Notes: generated by a model from the sequence alone, not told the origin. A stretch of 63,573 nt of DNA, filler included, from Psammoneis japonica (GCA_008632985.1; 5 parts of 5 records of this genome joined end to end with filler, not necessarily neighbours in it), one strand, 5' to 3'. Shown: positions 25,601 through 38,112, counted from the first letter of the whole stretch. A program made the numbers and translations.

Positions 25601-26435
25601 TGGTTCCATGCAGATGTGTGCCATGATGAGCCAGAGATGGAGTTCTTTGGCAATCCTCACCCCTGTGATGACACTGCACGCACTGCAATGTGTGGGACGG
25701 TGCTCAACACCAGGCTTGGTTCTTGGTTGCAAAGTGGTGAGGAATGAGCTTGGCACTGTCCAGGCCAAGATTGTGCCAGACGGTGTGAAGATTCATCCAG
25801 ACTGTCAAAACTGTGTTTGTTGTGGATGCACCAAGACCAGAGCCCTCTGTTGTTTCATCCCAGACAAGTTGGGGAACATTGTTTTGGTCAAGTTCCTTGC
25901 CAACAGCCACCGTTGTGCAGGCAAATGTTTTGACAAGCATCTGACATTGTGGCCATTGAAGACAATGATGCTGAAGCATGTCACTGCCACAAATTGTGCC
26001 TGTGAGGAGATCTCTTTGTTGTGCAAGAGACCTCTTGGTCCACCAAAAGATTTGAACCACTGCCATCCCAAGAACATGATTCTCTTGACAATCATTGCCC
26101 ATGCAAGATTTTTGTTCTTGCTTGCCTTTGGTTTTTTGCAAAGAGAGGCCCAGTTTTGCGGCAGAGGGAAATGTTTTGCACTTCTTCTTCTGTTGTTCAT
26201 GTGCCTTTTCCATCATCTCACGCAGCTTGTGAAATTGCATTGCTGCGCATGACAGGCAGAACAGCAAACCCATTTTTTCAGAGTGGGTCTGGAGAGTTGC
26301 TCTGCTGAAGCCAGAACTCAAGCAACCTCTTGGTTGTTGTGCCAAGCCCGTGGACCTGCAGCTTCCAATGACAGATTTCAGCTTGGTCTCAAAGATTTCC
26401 TTTTCTGCGTTGGCAAGTCCAAAGCTCTAGACTTG
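16660..26435. other. TpA-depleted repeat domain 2 (decayed, mostly unidentifiable element ORFs)
   Basis: TA nearly absent; frameshifted protein-like fragments at about 18.1-19.9, 21.1-22.6 and 24.3-26.4 kb. Confidence 0.85.
21100..22640 (-). pseudogene. decayed element gene, possibly with a Ulp1/C48-like peptidase; homologous to the repeat at 48.4-52 kb
   Basis: MTITLQCSHKSCQCC...FGGES...NVVFVHNLGHVRLEHV matches 49720-49895; PHQIDSSNHNTLL and QMDWSSC resemble C48 His and Gln/Cys motifs. Confidence 0.35.
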
Positions 26436-26535
26436 NNNNNNNNNNNNNNNNNNNNNNNNNNNNNNNNNNNNNNNNNNNNTTAATTAATTAANNNNNNNNN
26501 NNNNNNNNNNNNNNNNNNNNNNNNNNNNNNNNNNN
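26436..26535. other. assembly spacer
   Basis: N44-TTAATTAATTAA-N44. Confidence 0.98.
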
Positions 26536-27985
26536 GTTTTCCTTGAAACCACATGTTCGTTTTCCTTGAAAACACATGTTAGTTTTCTTTGAAACGACAT
26601 GTTTGTTTTCCTTGAAAAGACATGTCATGTGTTGTGCACAGCATCGTCACACAGCATTTGTCCAACTGAAATGTGTGTTTTCTCTGAAAAGACATGTTTG
26701 TTTTCCTTGAAACGACACGTTTGTTTTCCTTGAAACAACATGTTTGTTTTCCTTGAAATGACACGTTTGTTTTCCTTGAAGCGACATGTTTGTTTTTCTT
26801 GCATGTTTGTTTTTCTTGAAGCGACATGTTTGTTTTCCTTGAAAACACACACTTGTTTTCCTTGAAACAACATGATTGTTTTCCTTGAAATGGCGCGTTT
26901 GTTTTCTTTGAAACGACGCATTCATTTTCCTTGAAACGACATGTTTTTTTTCATTGAAAAGACATGTTTGATTTCCTTGAAACGACATGTTTGTTTTCCT
27001 TGAAACGACATGTTTGTTTTCCTTGAAAAGACACATTTGTTTTCCTTGAAACAACATGTTTGTTTTCCTTGAAATGGCATGTTTGTTTTCCTTGGCATGT
27101 TTGTTTTCTTTGAAACGACATGTTCATTTTCCTTGAAACGACATGTTTGTTTTCATTGAAAAGACATGTTTGATTTCCTTGAAACGACATGTTTGTTTTC
27201 CTTGAAATGACATGTTTGTTTTCCTTGAAAAGACACACTTGTTTTCCTTGAAACAACATGTTTGTTTTCCTTGAAACGACATGTTTGTTTTCCTTGAAAA
27301 GACACATTTGTTTTCCTGAAACACATGTTTGTTTTCTCTGAAATGGATGTTTTTTCCTGAAACGACATGTTTGTTTTCCTTGAAACCACATGTTTGTTTT
27401 CATTGAAATGACACATTTGTTTTCCTTGAAAAGACATGTTTGTTTTCCTTGAAACGACATGTTTGTTTTTCTTTAAACGACATGTTTGTTTTCCTTGAAA
27501 CCACATGTTCGTTTTCCTTGAAAAGACACATTTGTTTTCCTTGAAACGACATGTTTGTTTTCCTTGAAAACACGTGTTTGTTTTCCTTGAAACGACATGT
27601 TTGTTTTTCTTGAAACGACATGTTTGTTTTCCTTGAAAAGACACATTTGTTTTCCTTGAAACGACACATTTGTTTTCCTTGAAACGACACGTTTGTTTTC
27701 ACTGAAAACACGTGTTTGTTTTCCTTGAAACGACATGTTTGTTTTCAAGACATGCTTGTTTTCCTTGAAAAAACATGTTTGTTTTCCTTGAAACGACATG
27801 TTTGTTTTCATTGAAAAGACATGTTTGTTTTCCTTGAAAAGACACATTTGTTTTCCTTGAAACGACACGTTTGTTTTCCTTGAAAAGACATGTTTGTTTT
27901 CCTTGAAATGACACGTTTGTTTTCCTTAAAACCACATGTTTGTTTTTCTTGAAATGACATGTTTGTTTTCTCTGAAAAGACATGT
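26536..27985 (-). repeat. 23-bp satellite array (unit GGAAAACAAACATGTCTTTTCAA on the minus strand)
   Basis: Tandem TTGAAAAGACATGTTTGTTTTCC variants with no spacers. Confidence 0.95.
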
Positions 27986-28105
27986 TTGGCAAAAAACGGA
28001 TTTGGAAAAAGTCAATTGCGCCAAGTGCACAAATTTCCAAATGGCGGGAATCGAACCTGCGCGGAGCACCTGGAGCTGGAACAGGCCTGCTGTGAAAAGA
28101 TCAAG

Positions 28106-28780
28106 ATGTCGTCTCCAGCACCGCTGGCAAAGAAGAGAAAGGAAAATGAGACTGTTGAGCCAATGAGCCCAAGACTTCAGGCAGTGTTGAAGAGAACGGG
28201 CATGCAGGCAGCGCGTGGTGCACTGAAACCAGAAGTGGAGAAGGCGGCTGGAAATGATCTCTTTCCACAGGTGAAGTTTCTCAGCCCGCAAGAATTGGCA
28301 AGCAACGGGAGCGTCTCAATGTTTGTCAAGAAACAGATTGCTGGTGGCAACATGGACACTTCAAATTGCTCAGGAACTTGAGAGGAATGGGCAAAAAAGG
28401 CGGCAAAAAGGCAAGTTGACAATCTCAGAAACACGGTGTGCTCGGCTGTTGGGGCGGAGGCAATGGCCCGCAAGTTGGGTGACCAATGTGTGTGACTCAA
28501 GAGTTGCGCGCATCTCACAAGAACATGACGGCGATGCTTTGTCTGTGCAGGCGTTGTCGCCAAGGAAGAGGGAAAGGAAAAAGAAAAGAAACTCAAGGCG
28601 GCAGTCAAGAGGAAAAAGCAAGGCAGGAAAAAGTCAAGCCGTGACAAGAATGAAAAGAAAGACATCCCGATTGTGCCGACATGGGATCTGCTTGGCCCAG
28701 AAACTGTCGCCAGCAGCAAACAAAGGAACAAGCAGGCGTGCAAGTGGTTCTGTGATCACACCCCTGTTTGCAAAAATTGA
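28106..28780 (+). pseudogene. decayed element-borne gene with intron 28470-28550 (donor GCAAGT)
   Basis: MSSPAPLAKKRK...LFPQVKFL...EEWAKKAAKRQVDNLRNTV, then a phase-consistent exon VVAKEEGKEK; an in-frame TGA lies inside the intron. Confidence 0.55.
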
Positions 28781-29026
28781 CAAACCAAGGATTGTGCGGC
28801 AACGCAATCATGGATTGGCACATGGCAACAAGGTGGAGGCAGAAACGGCGATGTGGACACAGTGAAAAATGGCACACATGATTCTCAACAAGTTGTCGCG
28901 ACATTGGTGCAGCAAACTTGCAACCAGAGGTTGGCCTGTCATTGTGCAACAACAATTTTTTGCAACATTTTGACAAATTGCCATCATGCAAATCCACACA
29001 TTTTTGACGTTTCGTGCACTCTGATG

Positions 29027-29367
29027 CGTGTGTTGTGCACAGCATCATCGCACAGCATTTGTCCAACTCTCCCTCTCATCGCAGGATGGGTTGTCGCCAT
29101 GTGGCACATCTGCACAGCGGACTTGAAAATTTGACCATGCACTCCCTCTGTCAGGCAGGATGGGTTGGTGCCATGTGGCGCATCCGGCCAAGGGAGGAGT
29201 GGGTTCGAAGCCCAGCCGCCCACCCCGGATGGGGTTGGAAAGGGGCAGGCCAAGAAAGAAAAGGAGGCTTGGATTTGAGGCCAATTCAAGCCAGCAACCT
29301 CAGGAAGTGCAGCACACATTCAGGCATGTGTTGTGAACAGCATCGTCGCACAGCATTTGTCCAACTG
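29027..29367 (+). repeat. ~340-bp dispersed repeat with 43-bp terminal direct repeats and an internal B-box-like GGTTCGAAGCC; copies at 29666-29916, 32485-32800 and 34803-35144 (-)
   Basis: GTGTTGTGCACAGCATCRTCGCACAGCATTTGTCCAACT at both ends; four near-identical copies. Confidence 0.75.
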
Positions 29368-29374
29368 AACATGA

Positions 29375-31095
29375 CAGTTTTCCTTGAAAAGACATGCTTG
29401 TTTTCCTTGAAAAGACATGTTTGTTTTCCTTGAAACCACATGTTTGTTTTCCTTGAAATAACTTGTTTGTTTTCCTTGAAAAGACACGCTTGTTTTTTTT
29501 GAAACAACATGTTTGTTTTTCTTGAAAAGACATGTTTGTTTTCCTTGAAAAGACATGCTTGTTTTCCGTGAAACAACACGTTTGTTTTCCTTGAAACCAC
29601 GTGTTTGTTTTTCTTGAAAACACATGTTTGTTTTCCTTGAAATGACATGTTTGTTTTCCTTGAACAGCGGACTTGCAAATTTGACCATGCACTCCCTCTG
29701 TCAGGCAGGATGGGTTGGTGCCATGTGGCGCGTCCGGCCAAGGGAGGAGTGGGTTCAAAGCCCAGCCGCCCACCCCGGATGGGGTTGGAAAGGGGCAGGC
29801 CAAGAAAGAAAAGGAGGCATCGATTTGAGGCCAATTCAAGCCAGCAACCTCAGGAAGTGCAGCACACATTCAGGCATGTGTTGTGAACAGCATCGTTGCA
29901 CAGCATTTGTCCAACTGAACATGACAGTTTTCCTTGAAAAGACATGTTTGTTTTCCTTGAAAAGATGTGTTTGTTTTCCTTGAAAAGACATGTTTGTTTT
30001 CCTTGAAAAGACATGTTTGTTTTCCTTGAAACCACATGTTTGTTTTCCTTGAAAAGACATGTTTGTTTTCCTTGAAACAACGCAGTTGTTTTTCTTGAAA
30101 CAACATGTTTGTTTTCTGTGAAACGACACGTTTGTTTTCCTTGAAAAGACATGTTTGTTTTCCTTGAAACCACATGTTTGTTTTCTTTGAAATGCCACGT
30201 TTGTTTTCCTTGAAAAGACATGTTTGTTTTCCTTGAAATGAAGTGTTTGTTTTCCTTGAAACAACATGTTTGTTTCAATTGAAAAGACATGTTTGTTTTT
30301 CTTGAAACAACACATTTGTTTTCTTTGAAACGACATGTTTGTTTTCCTTGAAACGACACGTTTGTTTTCCTTGAAACGACATGCTTGTTTTCCATGAAAC
30401 GACATGTTTGTTTTCCTTGAAACAACATGTTTGTTTTCCTTGAAATGACACGTTTGTTTTCCTTGAAATGACACATTTGTTTTCTTTGAAGAAGACACGT
30501 TTGTTTTCCTTGAAAAGGCATGTTTGTTTTCCTTGAAACGACATGTTTGTTTTCCCTGAAACGACATGTTTGGTTTCTTTGAAACCACATGTTTGTTTTT
30601 CTTGAAAACACATGTTTGTTTTCCTTGAAACAACATGTTTTTTTTGTTGAAAAGACATGTTTGTTTTCCTTAGAAACACACATTTGTTTTCCTTGAAAAG
30701 ACATGTTTGTTTTCCTTGAGACGACATGTTTGTTTTCCTTGAAAAGACATGTTTGTTTTCCTTGAAATGACATGTTTGTTTTCTTTGAAACAACATGTTT
30801 GTTTTTCTTGAAAAGACGAGTTTGTTTTTCTTGAAAAAACATGTTTGTTTTCTGTGAAACCACATGTTTGTTTTCCCTGAAATGACACGTTTTTTTTCCT
30901 TGAAAGGACACATTTGTTTTTCTTGAAAAGACATGTTTGTTTTCTTTGAAACAACATGTTTGTTTTTCTTGAAAAGACGAGTTTGTTTTTCTTGAAAAAA
31001 CATGTTTGTTTTCTTTGAAACCACATGTTTGTTTTCCCTGAAACGACACGTTTTTTTTCCTTGAAAGGACACGTTTGTTTTTCTTGAAAAGACAT
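29375..31095 (-). repeat. 23-bp satellite arrays (29375-29662 and 29925-31095)
   Basis: Same unit as 26536-27985. Confidence 0.95.
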
Positions 31096-31511
31096 GACTC
31101 GTGAGGCACAAGCCGCTGGAACAGCGCGCATTGCTTGGAAAGACGGGCGCGCGAATCTGGCAGATGCACTGACCAAGTCAAACACTGCCATGACAGCTGA
31201 GAATTGGGTGCAAGACAAGACAGAGATCGTTGAACAGCATCAACAGGTTCTAGAATTGTGGGATGTTGTGCTGCTGGGGCCGCTGATTGAGCAACAGTGA
31301 ACCAATTGCCAATGGCACACAAACTGCCTGTGTTCATGACAGCACATCAGCACTCATTCAGCCCCCTTGAACTGACGCTGGCTCCGCTTGGGTCAGATCG
31401 ACAGACAAATGCAACCTGATGCTGCCCCACCCCAGGGCAGCAGCCACATTTTGGGGGTGGGAAGTGCCGCACCTGCGCGGCAAACCCATTTGGTTTGTCC
31501 CCTTTTGGGGC

Positions 31512-32380
31512 TCACCACAGGACGTGACTTGTGATTTCCCGGAGCTTCAGTCCAGGCAACAACTTGGTCAGCGCGTCTGCCAGATTCGCGCGCCCGTCTT
31601 CCCAAGCAATGCGCGCTGTTCCAGCGGCTTGTGCCTCGCCAGTCCTGTGACAGGCGGCTGCATTGTGCTTCTTCTTCAAAGTGGACTCCGGTTCAGTTGA
31701 GTTCTTGAAGACAGCTTCATTGTCGCAGAAAACATCAGTGGCCCCATCCATGGGGATTCTGAGCATCCGAAGCTTGCAGCGCAAGGCTTCGATTTGCTCC
31801 GCTGCAGTCTTCACAGCCACGAACTCTGACCCAAAAGCAGAGGACTCTGTGGCATTCTGCTGCTTGGTGCAATGCAAGATGGGTGCTCGTTGGACAAATG
31901 TCAGGATCCCAGTGTGGGGGCCTGCGCGTCACACGGCATCCGGCGTGGTCAGCGTCGACAAAGCAAGCAGTGGTCACGCTGTTCCCGCGTGCCTCCGGCA
32001 CACTCGGCTGCATTGGCTCAGCCGCGCCAGGGTGACATTCTCCCCAATCACACTTGGCAAAGCGACTCTCATCAAAGACAGGCTCAGTGTCGTCGAACAC
32101 TGGCGCAGACTCAGAGCGAGCCTCCAAGCATGCAAAGATGTGGAGCACCTCGTCCAGGTGTCCAACTCATGGTGCCGCCAAGCAGGAGGACATGAGGGGG
32201 TGGACGTCCAGATTGTTCCGTTCATGTGGCCGGTCTCCCCCAATGTCATTGTGAGAAACACTGGCCTGAGCAGCCAAGCAGCAATGCAGCCGGACTTTGA
32301 CGGTCCTTGGCACACACTGGCGCATGCACGCTCTTCCTCATTTTGCGCCATGGCATCAGCAGAAGGTTCCCATCCAAGGG
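31512..32380 (-). mobile_element. Ty1/Copia pol 3' fragment (RT end and RNase H)
   Basis: FVDADHAGCRVTRR, KQQNATESSAFGSEFVAVKTA, VFCDNEAVFKNS, ESTLKKKHNA and NLADALTK are typical Copia RNase H motifs. Confidence 0.92.
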
Positions 32381-32800
32381 ATGTTTGTTTTCCTTGAAAT
32401 GACACGTTTGTTTTCCTTGAAACCACGTGCTTGTTTTCCTTGAAATACAAGCCCACACATTTTCAACATTTCGTGCACTCTGACGCGTGTGTTGTGCACA
32501 GCATCATCACACAGCATTTGTCCAACTCTCCCTCTCATCGCAGGATGGGTTGTCTCCATGTGGCGCATCTGCACAGCGGACTTGCAAATTTGACCATGCA
32601 CTCCCTCTGTCAGGCAGGATGGGTTGGTGCCATGTGGCACATCCGGCCAAGGGAGGAGTGGGTTTGAAGCCCAGCCGCCCAACCCGGATGGGGTTGGAAA
32701 GGGGCAGGCCAAGAAAGAAAAGGAGGCTTTGATTTGAGGCCAATTTGAGCCAGCAACCTCAGGAAGCGCAGCACACATTCAGGCATGTGTTGTGCACAGC

Positions 32801-34790
32801 AGAAAACAAACACATGGTTTCAAGGAAAACAAGCATGTTGTTTCAGGGAAAACAAACATGTCTTTTCAAAAAAAAAAACGTGTCTTTTCAAGGAAAACAA
32901 ACATGTTTTTTCAAAGAAAACAAACACGTCTTTTCAAGGAAAACAAATGTGTCATTTCAGGGAAAACAAACACGTGGTTTCAGGGAAAACAATCATGTCT
33001 TTTCAAGGAAATCAAACGCGCATTTTCAAGAAAAACAAACATGTCATTTCAAAGAAAACAAACATGTCTCTTCAAGGAAAACAAACGTGTCGTTTCAAGG
33101 AAAACCAACATGTGGTTTCAAGGAAAACCAACATGTGGTTTCAAGCAAAACAAACATGTCTTTTCAAAGAAAACAAACATTTCTTTTCGAAGAAAAGAAA
33201 CATGTCATTTCAAGGAAAACAAACATGTCTTTTCAAGGAAAACAAACATGTCTTTTCAAGGAAAACAAACATGTCGTTTCAAGGAAAACAAACATGTCGT
33301 TTTAAGGAAAACAAGCATGTGTTTTCAAGGAAAACAAACATGTTGTTTCAAGGAAAACAAACACGCTGTTTCATGGAAAACAAATGTGTCATTTCAAGGA
33401 AAACAAGCATGTCTTTTCAAGGAAAACAAACACGTGGTTTCAAGGAAAACAAACACGTGGTTTCAAGGAAAACAAACATGTGTTTTCAAGGAAAACAAAG
33501 GTGTCTTTTCAAGGAAAGCAAACATGTCATTTCAAGGAAAACAAACATGTTGTTTCAAGGAAAACAAACATGTGTTTTCAAGAAAAACAAACATGTGGTT
33601 TCAAGGAAAACAAACATGTTGTTTCACGGAAAACAAGCATGTCTTTTCAAGGAAAACGAACATGTCTTTTCAAGAAAAACAAACGTGTCCTTTCAAGGAA
33701 AACAAACGCATTGTTTCAGGGAAAACAAACATGTGGTTTCACAGAAAACAAACATGTTTTTTTAAGAAAAACAAACATGTCTTTTCAAGGAAAACAAACA
33801 TGTTGTTTCAAAGAAAACAAACATGTCTTTTCAAGGAAAACAAACATGTGGTTTCAAGGAAAACAAACATGTGGTTTCAAGGAAAACAAACATGTGTGTT
33901 CATTGGGGTTGTCGAATGCAGGTGGGGCGACTTCGTCAAGCAAGTGAAACAAACATGTCGTTTCAGAGAAAACAAACATGTCATTTCAAGGAAAACAAAC
34001 ATGTCTTTTCAAGGAAAACAAACATGTGCTTTCAAGGAAAACAAACATGTCTTTTCAAGGAAAACAGACATGTCGTTTCAAGGAAAACAAACATGTGTTT
34101 TCAAGGAAAACAAAAATGTGGTTTCAAGGAAAACAAACATGTTGTTTCAGGGAAAACAAACATGTCATTTCAAGGAAAACAAACATGTCTTTTCAAGGAA
34201 AACAAACATGTCGTCTCAAAGAAAACAAACATGTCTTTTCAACGAAAACAAGTGTGTGTTTCCAAGGAAAACAAGACGGGTTCCAGTCCCAGGTGGGACT
34301 CCGTGTGACATTGGGCCCGCAGAATTCTACGTGCAAGCTCCACAGCAAATTTGTGCTGCAACAAAAATGTGAATGATCGCCAACAGAAAAAGAGGCAATT
34401 TTGCGAACGCATCTCCTCCTTCACACTTGCAGCACATCATTGACAGTTTGCCCGGGCATGTTCTTCAGGGAAAACAAACATGTCGTTTCACGGAAAACAA
34501 ACATGTCTTTTCAAGAAAAACAAACATGTCTTTTCAAGGAAAACAAACGTGTCTTTTCAAGGAAAACAAACGTGTCATTTCAGGGAAAACAAACATGTGG
34601 TTTCAAGGAAAACAAGCATGTCTTTTCAAGGAAAACAAACATGTCTTTTCAAGAAAAACAAACATGTTGTTTCAAAGAAAACAAACATGTCTTTTCAAGG
34701 AAAACAAACGTGTCATTTCAAGGAAAACAAACATGTGGTTTCAAAACAAGCGTGTCTTTTCAAGGAAAACAAACATGTCTTTTCAAGGAA
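32801..34790 (+). repeat. 23-bp satellite arrays (32801-33898, 33947-34272, 34463-34790), opposite orientation; MITE A fragment from 34275
   Basis: Tandem GGAAAACAAACATGTCTTTTCAA variants. Confidence 0.95.
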
Positions 34791-36186
34791 AGCTGCCATG
34801 TTCAGTTGGACAAATGCTGTGCAACGATGCTGTCCACAACACATGCCTGAATGTTCGCTGCGCTTCCTGAGGTTGCTGGCTCGAATTGGCCTCAAATCCA
34901 AGCCTCCTTTTCTTTCTCGGCCTGCCACTTTCCAACCCCATCCGGGGTGGGCGGCTGGGCTTCGAGCCCACTCCTCCCTTGGCCGGATGCGCCACATGGC
35001 ACCAACCCATCCTGCTTGACAGAGTGAGTGCATGGTCAAATTCGCAAGTCCGCTGTGCAGATGCGCCACATGGCGACAACCCATCCTGCAATGAGAGGGA
35101 GAGTTGGACAAATGCTGTGCAATGATGCTGTGCACAACACACGCATCAGAGTGCACGAAATGTTAAAAATGTGTGGATTTGCACGATGACAATTTGTCAA
35201 AATGTTGCAAAAAAATTGTTGTTGCACAATGACAGGCCAACCTCTGGTTGCAAGTTTGCTGTGCCAATGTCGCGACAACTTGTCGAGAATCATGTGTGCC
35301 ATTTTTCACTGTGTCCACATCGCCGTTTCTGCCTCCACCTTGTTGCCATGTGCCAATCCATGATTGCATTGCCGCACAATCCTTGGTTTGTCAATTTTTG
35401 CAAACAGGGGTGTGATCACAGAACCACTTGCACGCCTGCTTGTTCCTTTGTTTGCTGCCAGCAACAGTGTCTGGGCCAAGCAGATCCCATGTCGGCACAA
35501 TCGGGATGTCTTTCTTTTCATTCTTGTCACGGCTTGACTTTTTCCTGCCTTGCTTTTTCCTCTTGACTGCCGCCTTGAGTTTCTTTTCTTTTTCCCTTCT
35601 CTCTTTGTTGGCAACAATGACTGCACAGACAAAGCATCACCGTCATCTTCTTGCGAGATGCACGCAACTCTCGAGTCACACACATTGGTCACCCAACTTG
35701 CGGGCCATTGCCTCCGCCCCAACAGCCGAGCACACCGTGTTTCTGAGATTGTCAACTTGCCTTTTTGCCGCCTCTTTTGCCCATTCCTCCCCAAGTTCCT
35801 GACCAATTTGAAGTGTCCATGTTGCCACCAGCAATCTGTTTCTTGACAAACATTGAGACGCTCCCACTGCTTGCCAATTCTGATGGACTGAGAAACTTCA
35901 CCTGTGAAAAGAGATCATTTCTGGCCACCTTCTCCACTTCTGGTTTCAGCGCACCATGCACTGCCTGCGTGCCCATTCTCTTCAACACTGCCTGAAGTCT
36001 CAGGCTCGTTGGCTCAACAGTCTCATTTTTCTTTCTCTTTCTTTGCCGGTGGTGCTGGAGATGACATCTTGATCTTTTCACAGCAGGCCTGTTCCAGCTC
36101 CAGGTGCTCCGCGCGGGTTCGATTCCCATCATTTGGAAATTTGTGCATTTGGCGCAATTGACTTTTTCCAAATCCGTTTGTTGCCA
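34782..36186 (-). repeat. right arm of the inverted duplication (partner 27985-29390)
   Basis: Reverse-complement match to the left arm; many differences are transitions. Confidence 0.9.
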
Positions 36187-36345
36187 AATCAAAGGGTGAG
36201 TGTGCACTTTACATGCATTTTTGGGTGTGCACTCACCTTTCGATTTTCGAAACGATCAAAATTGAAGGAGTCAATTGCGCCAAACTGCGCAGAAAATCGG
36301 CCTCTCGCGTGATGAAAAGCAGAGCACCTGGAGCTGGAACAGGCC
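36086..36345 (+). mobile_element. MITE family B (260 bp, 24-bp TIRs, 4-bp TSD AGCA)
   Basis: GGCCTGTTCCAGCTCCAGGTGCTC ... GAGCACCTGGAGCTGGAACAGGCC; AGCA at 36082-36085 and 36346-36349. Confidence 0.88.
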
Positions 36346-37643
36346 AGCAACAATGAGAGGAGTGCTGCTGTTCGACAGTGCAGCCGTCATTTGGGTCGTG
36401 TTGAGACAGCCAGCCACTCCATTTTTCTCCACAACATTGAACAAATTGTTGTCAGCAACCACGCTGCTGCAGTGCATCCTTCCTCCGAAGAGTGCGCGCC
36501 AATGAGGAATGTCCCCATTTGCGTGGCTGCTGCCATGTGGGTTGATCCAGCCAATGGACAGCCATGCCCACTGCCAGCCCACGAGGCTGTGTTTTTCAGG
36601 GAAAGAATGACTGACACCCTGCTGTGCCCCAGCCAACTGTGAGCAAGTGAGCTGACTGTCCACGACACCCCTCGCCAGTTTGACCCCAACAGCGCGCACT
36701 CTGTTGTTTTCCCTGACATGAAAATCAGGGTGCTTTTGCGCGCGCAAGGTGAGTTGAGTGCCAGAGCGGGACTTGGGCCTGTCTGCAGAGAAGACTTCAA
36801 TGTCAAGGTCAAACAAACATGTCTTGAAAACAAACATGTCTTTTCAAGGAAAACAAACATGTCGTTTCAAGGAAAACAAACACGTCGCTTCAAGGGAAAA
36901 AAATGTCTTTTCAAGGAAAACAAACGCGGCGTTTCAAGGAAAACAAACATGTGGTTTCAATGAAAACAACTGTGTCTTTTCTGGGAAAACAAGTGTGTCG
37001 TTTCAAGGAAAACAAACACGTCTTTTCAAGGAAAACAAACATTTCGTTTCAAGGAAAACAAACATGTCTTTTCAAAAAAAACAAACGTGTCGTTTCAAGG
37101 AAAACAAACATGTCTTTTCAAGGAAAACAAATGTGTCATTTCAAAGAAAACAAACATGTGGTTTCAAGGAAAACAAAGATGTCTTTTCAAGGAAAACAAA
37201 CATGTCTTTTCAAGGAAAACAAATGTGTCATTTCAAGAAAAACAATTGCATCGTTTCAAGGAAAACAAACACGTCCTTTCAGGGAAAACAAACATGTCTT
37301 TTCAATGAAAACAAACATGTCGTTTCAAAGAAAACAAACATGTCTTGAAAACAAACATGTCTTTTCAAGGAAAACAAACATGCAGTTTCAAGGAAAACAA
37401 ACATGTCATTTCAAGGGGAAAAAAAAATGTCTTTTCAAGGACAACAAACATGTCATTTCAAGGAAAACAAACATGTGTTTTCAAGGAAAACGTTGGATTG
37501 GACATTGGATGTTTGCCGCTCGAGACAGCACAGAGCCAACAGAGACAAAATTTGCCAGGGGCCCCGCTCAAGATGGTGCCTGCCACTCAAGACTGGATGT
37601 TGAGCACTCGAGACACTGCAGCTCACCACTTGAGATGATGACA

Positions 37644-38030
37644 GACGCGCTCCAGGTCCAGGTGGGACCTCGCACTGCTGAGCTGTGACATCGACAGTTT
37701 TTGAATCACGTGCATGTTGCGCATGAGATTTCTGCGTGATTTTTTTGACATTTTTTGTCATTTTATGGTGCATTCATTGAGCGATCCGTCCAACAACTTT
37801 TGACATTTTTTGTTGCAGCGCGATTCTACAATGTCTTGAGAGTCGCGCAGGGCAGGTGCACCTGCAAAAACATCGAGTGGCAAGAGGCACAATTGCACCA
37901 CAAACTTGGCAGCTCATTTGATGTTGAAGACAAACACACCCATTGGTCAAATTCTCGCACTGCGGAGCTCGCACGTAGAATTTTGTGGGCCCAATGTCAC
38001 ACGGAGTCCCACCCAGGACTGGAACCCATC
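37644..38030 (-). mobile_element. MITE family A copy
   Basis: Both TIRs present; no matching TSD. Confidence 0.85.
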
Positions 38031-38112
38031 GTTTTCAAGTGAAGCAAATGTGTGGTTTCAAGGAAAACAAACATGCAAACATGCATGTGGTTTCAAGGAA
38101 AACAAACATGTC

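Larger units (their letters stand above)
27985..29390 (+). repeat. left arm of a ~1.4-kb inverted duplication (partner 34782-36186)
   Basis: Colinear reverse-complement match: half of MITE B, accessory gene and B-box repeat. Confidence 0.9.

Noticed and set aside
31512..32380. Alternative genetic code or codon reassignment in the elements
   Set aside because: Non-coding MITEs, introns and satellite are equally TA-free, and the ORFs are frameshifted
36105..36135. tRNA gene (also near 29200 and 40112)
   Set aside because: Only a T-arm/B-box motif is present; no cloverleaf could be built
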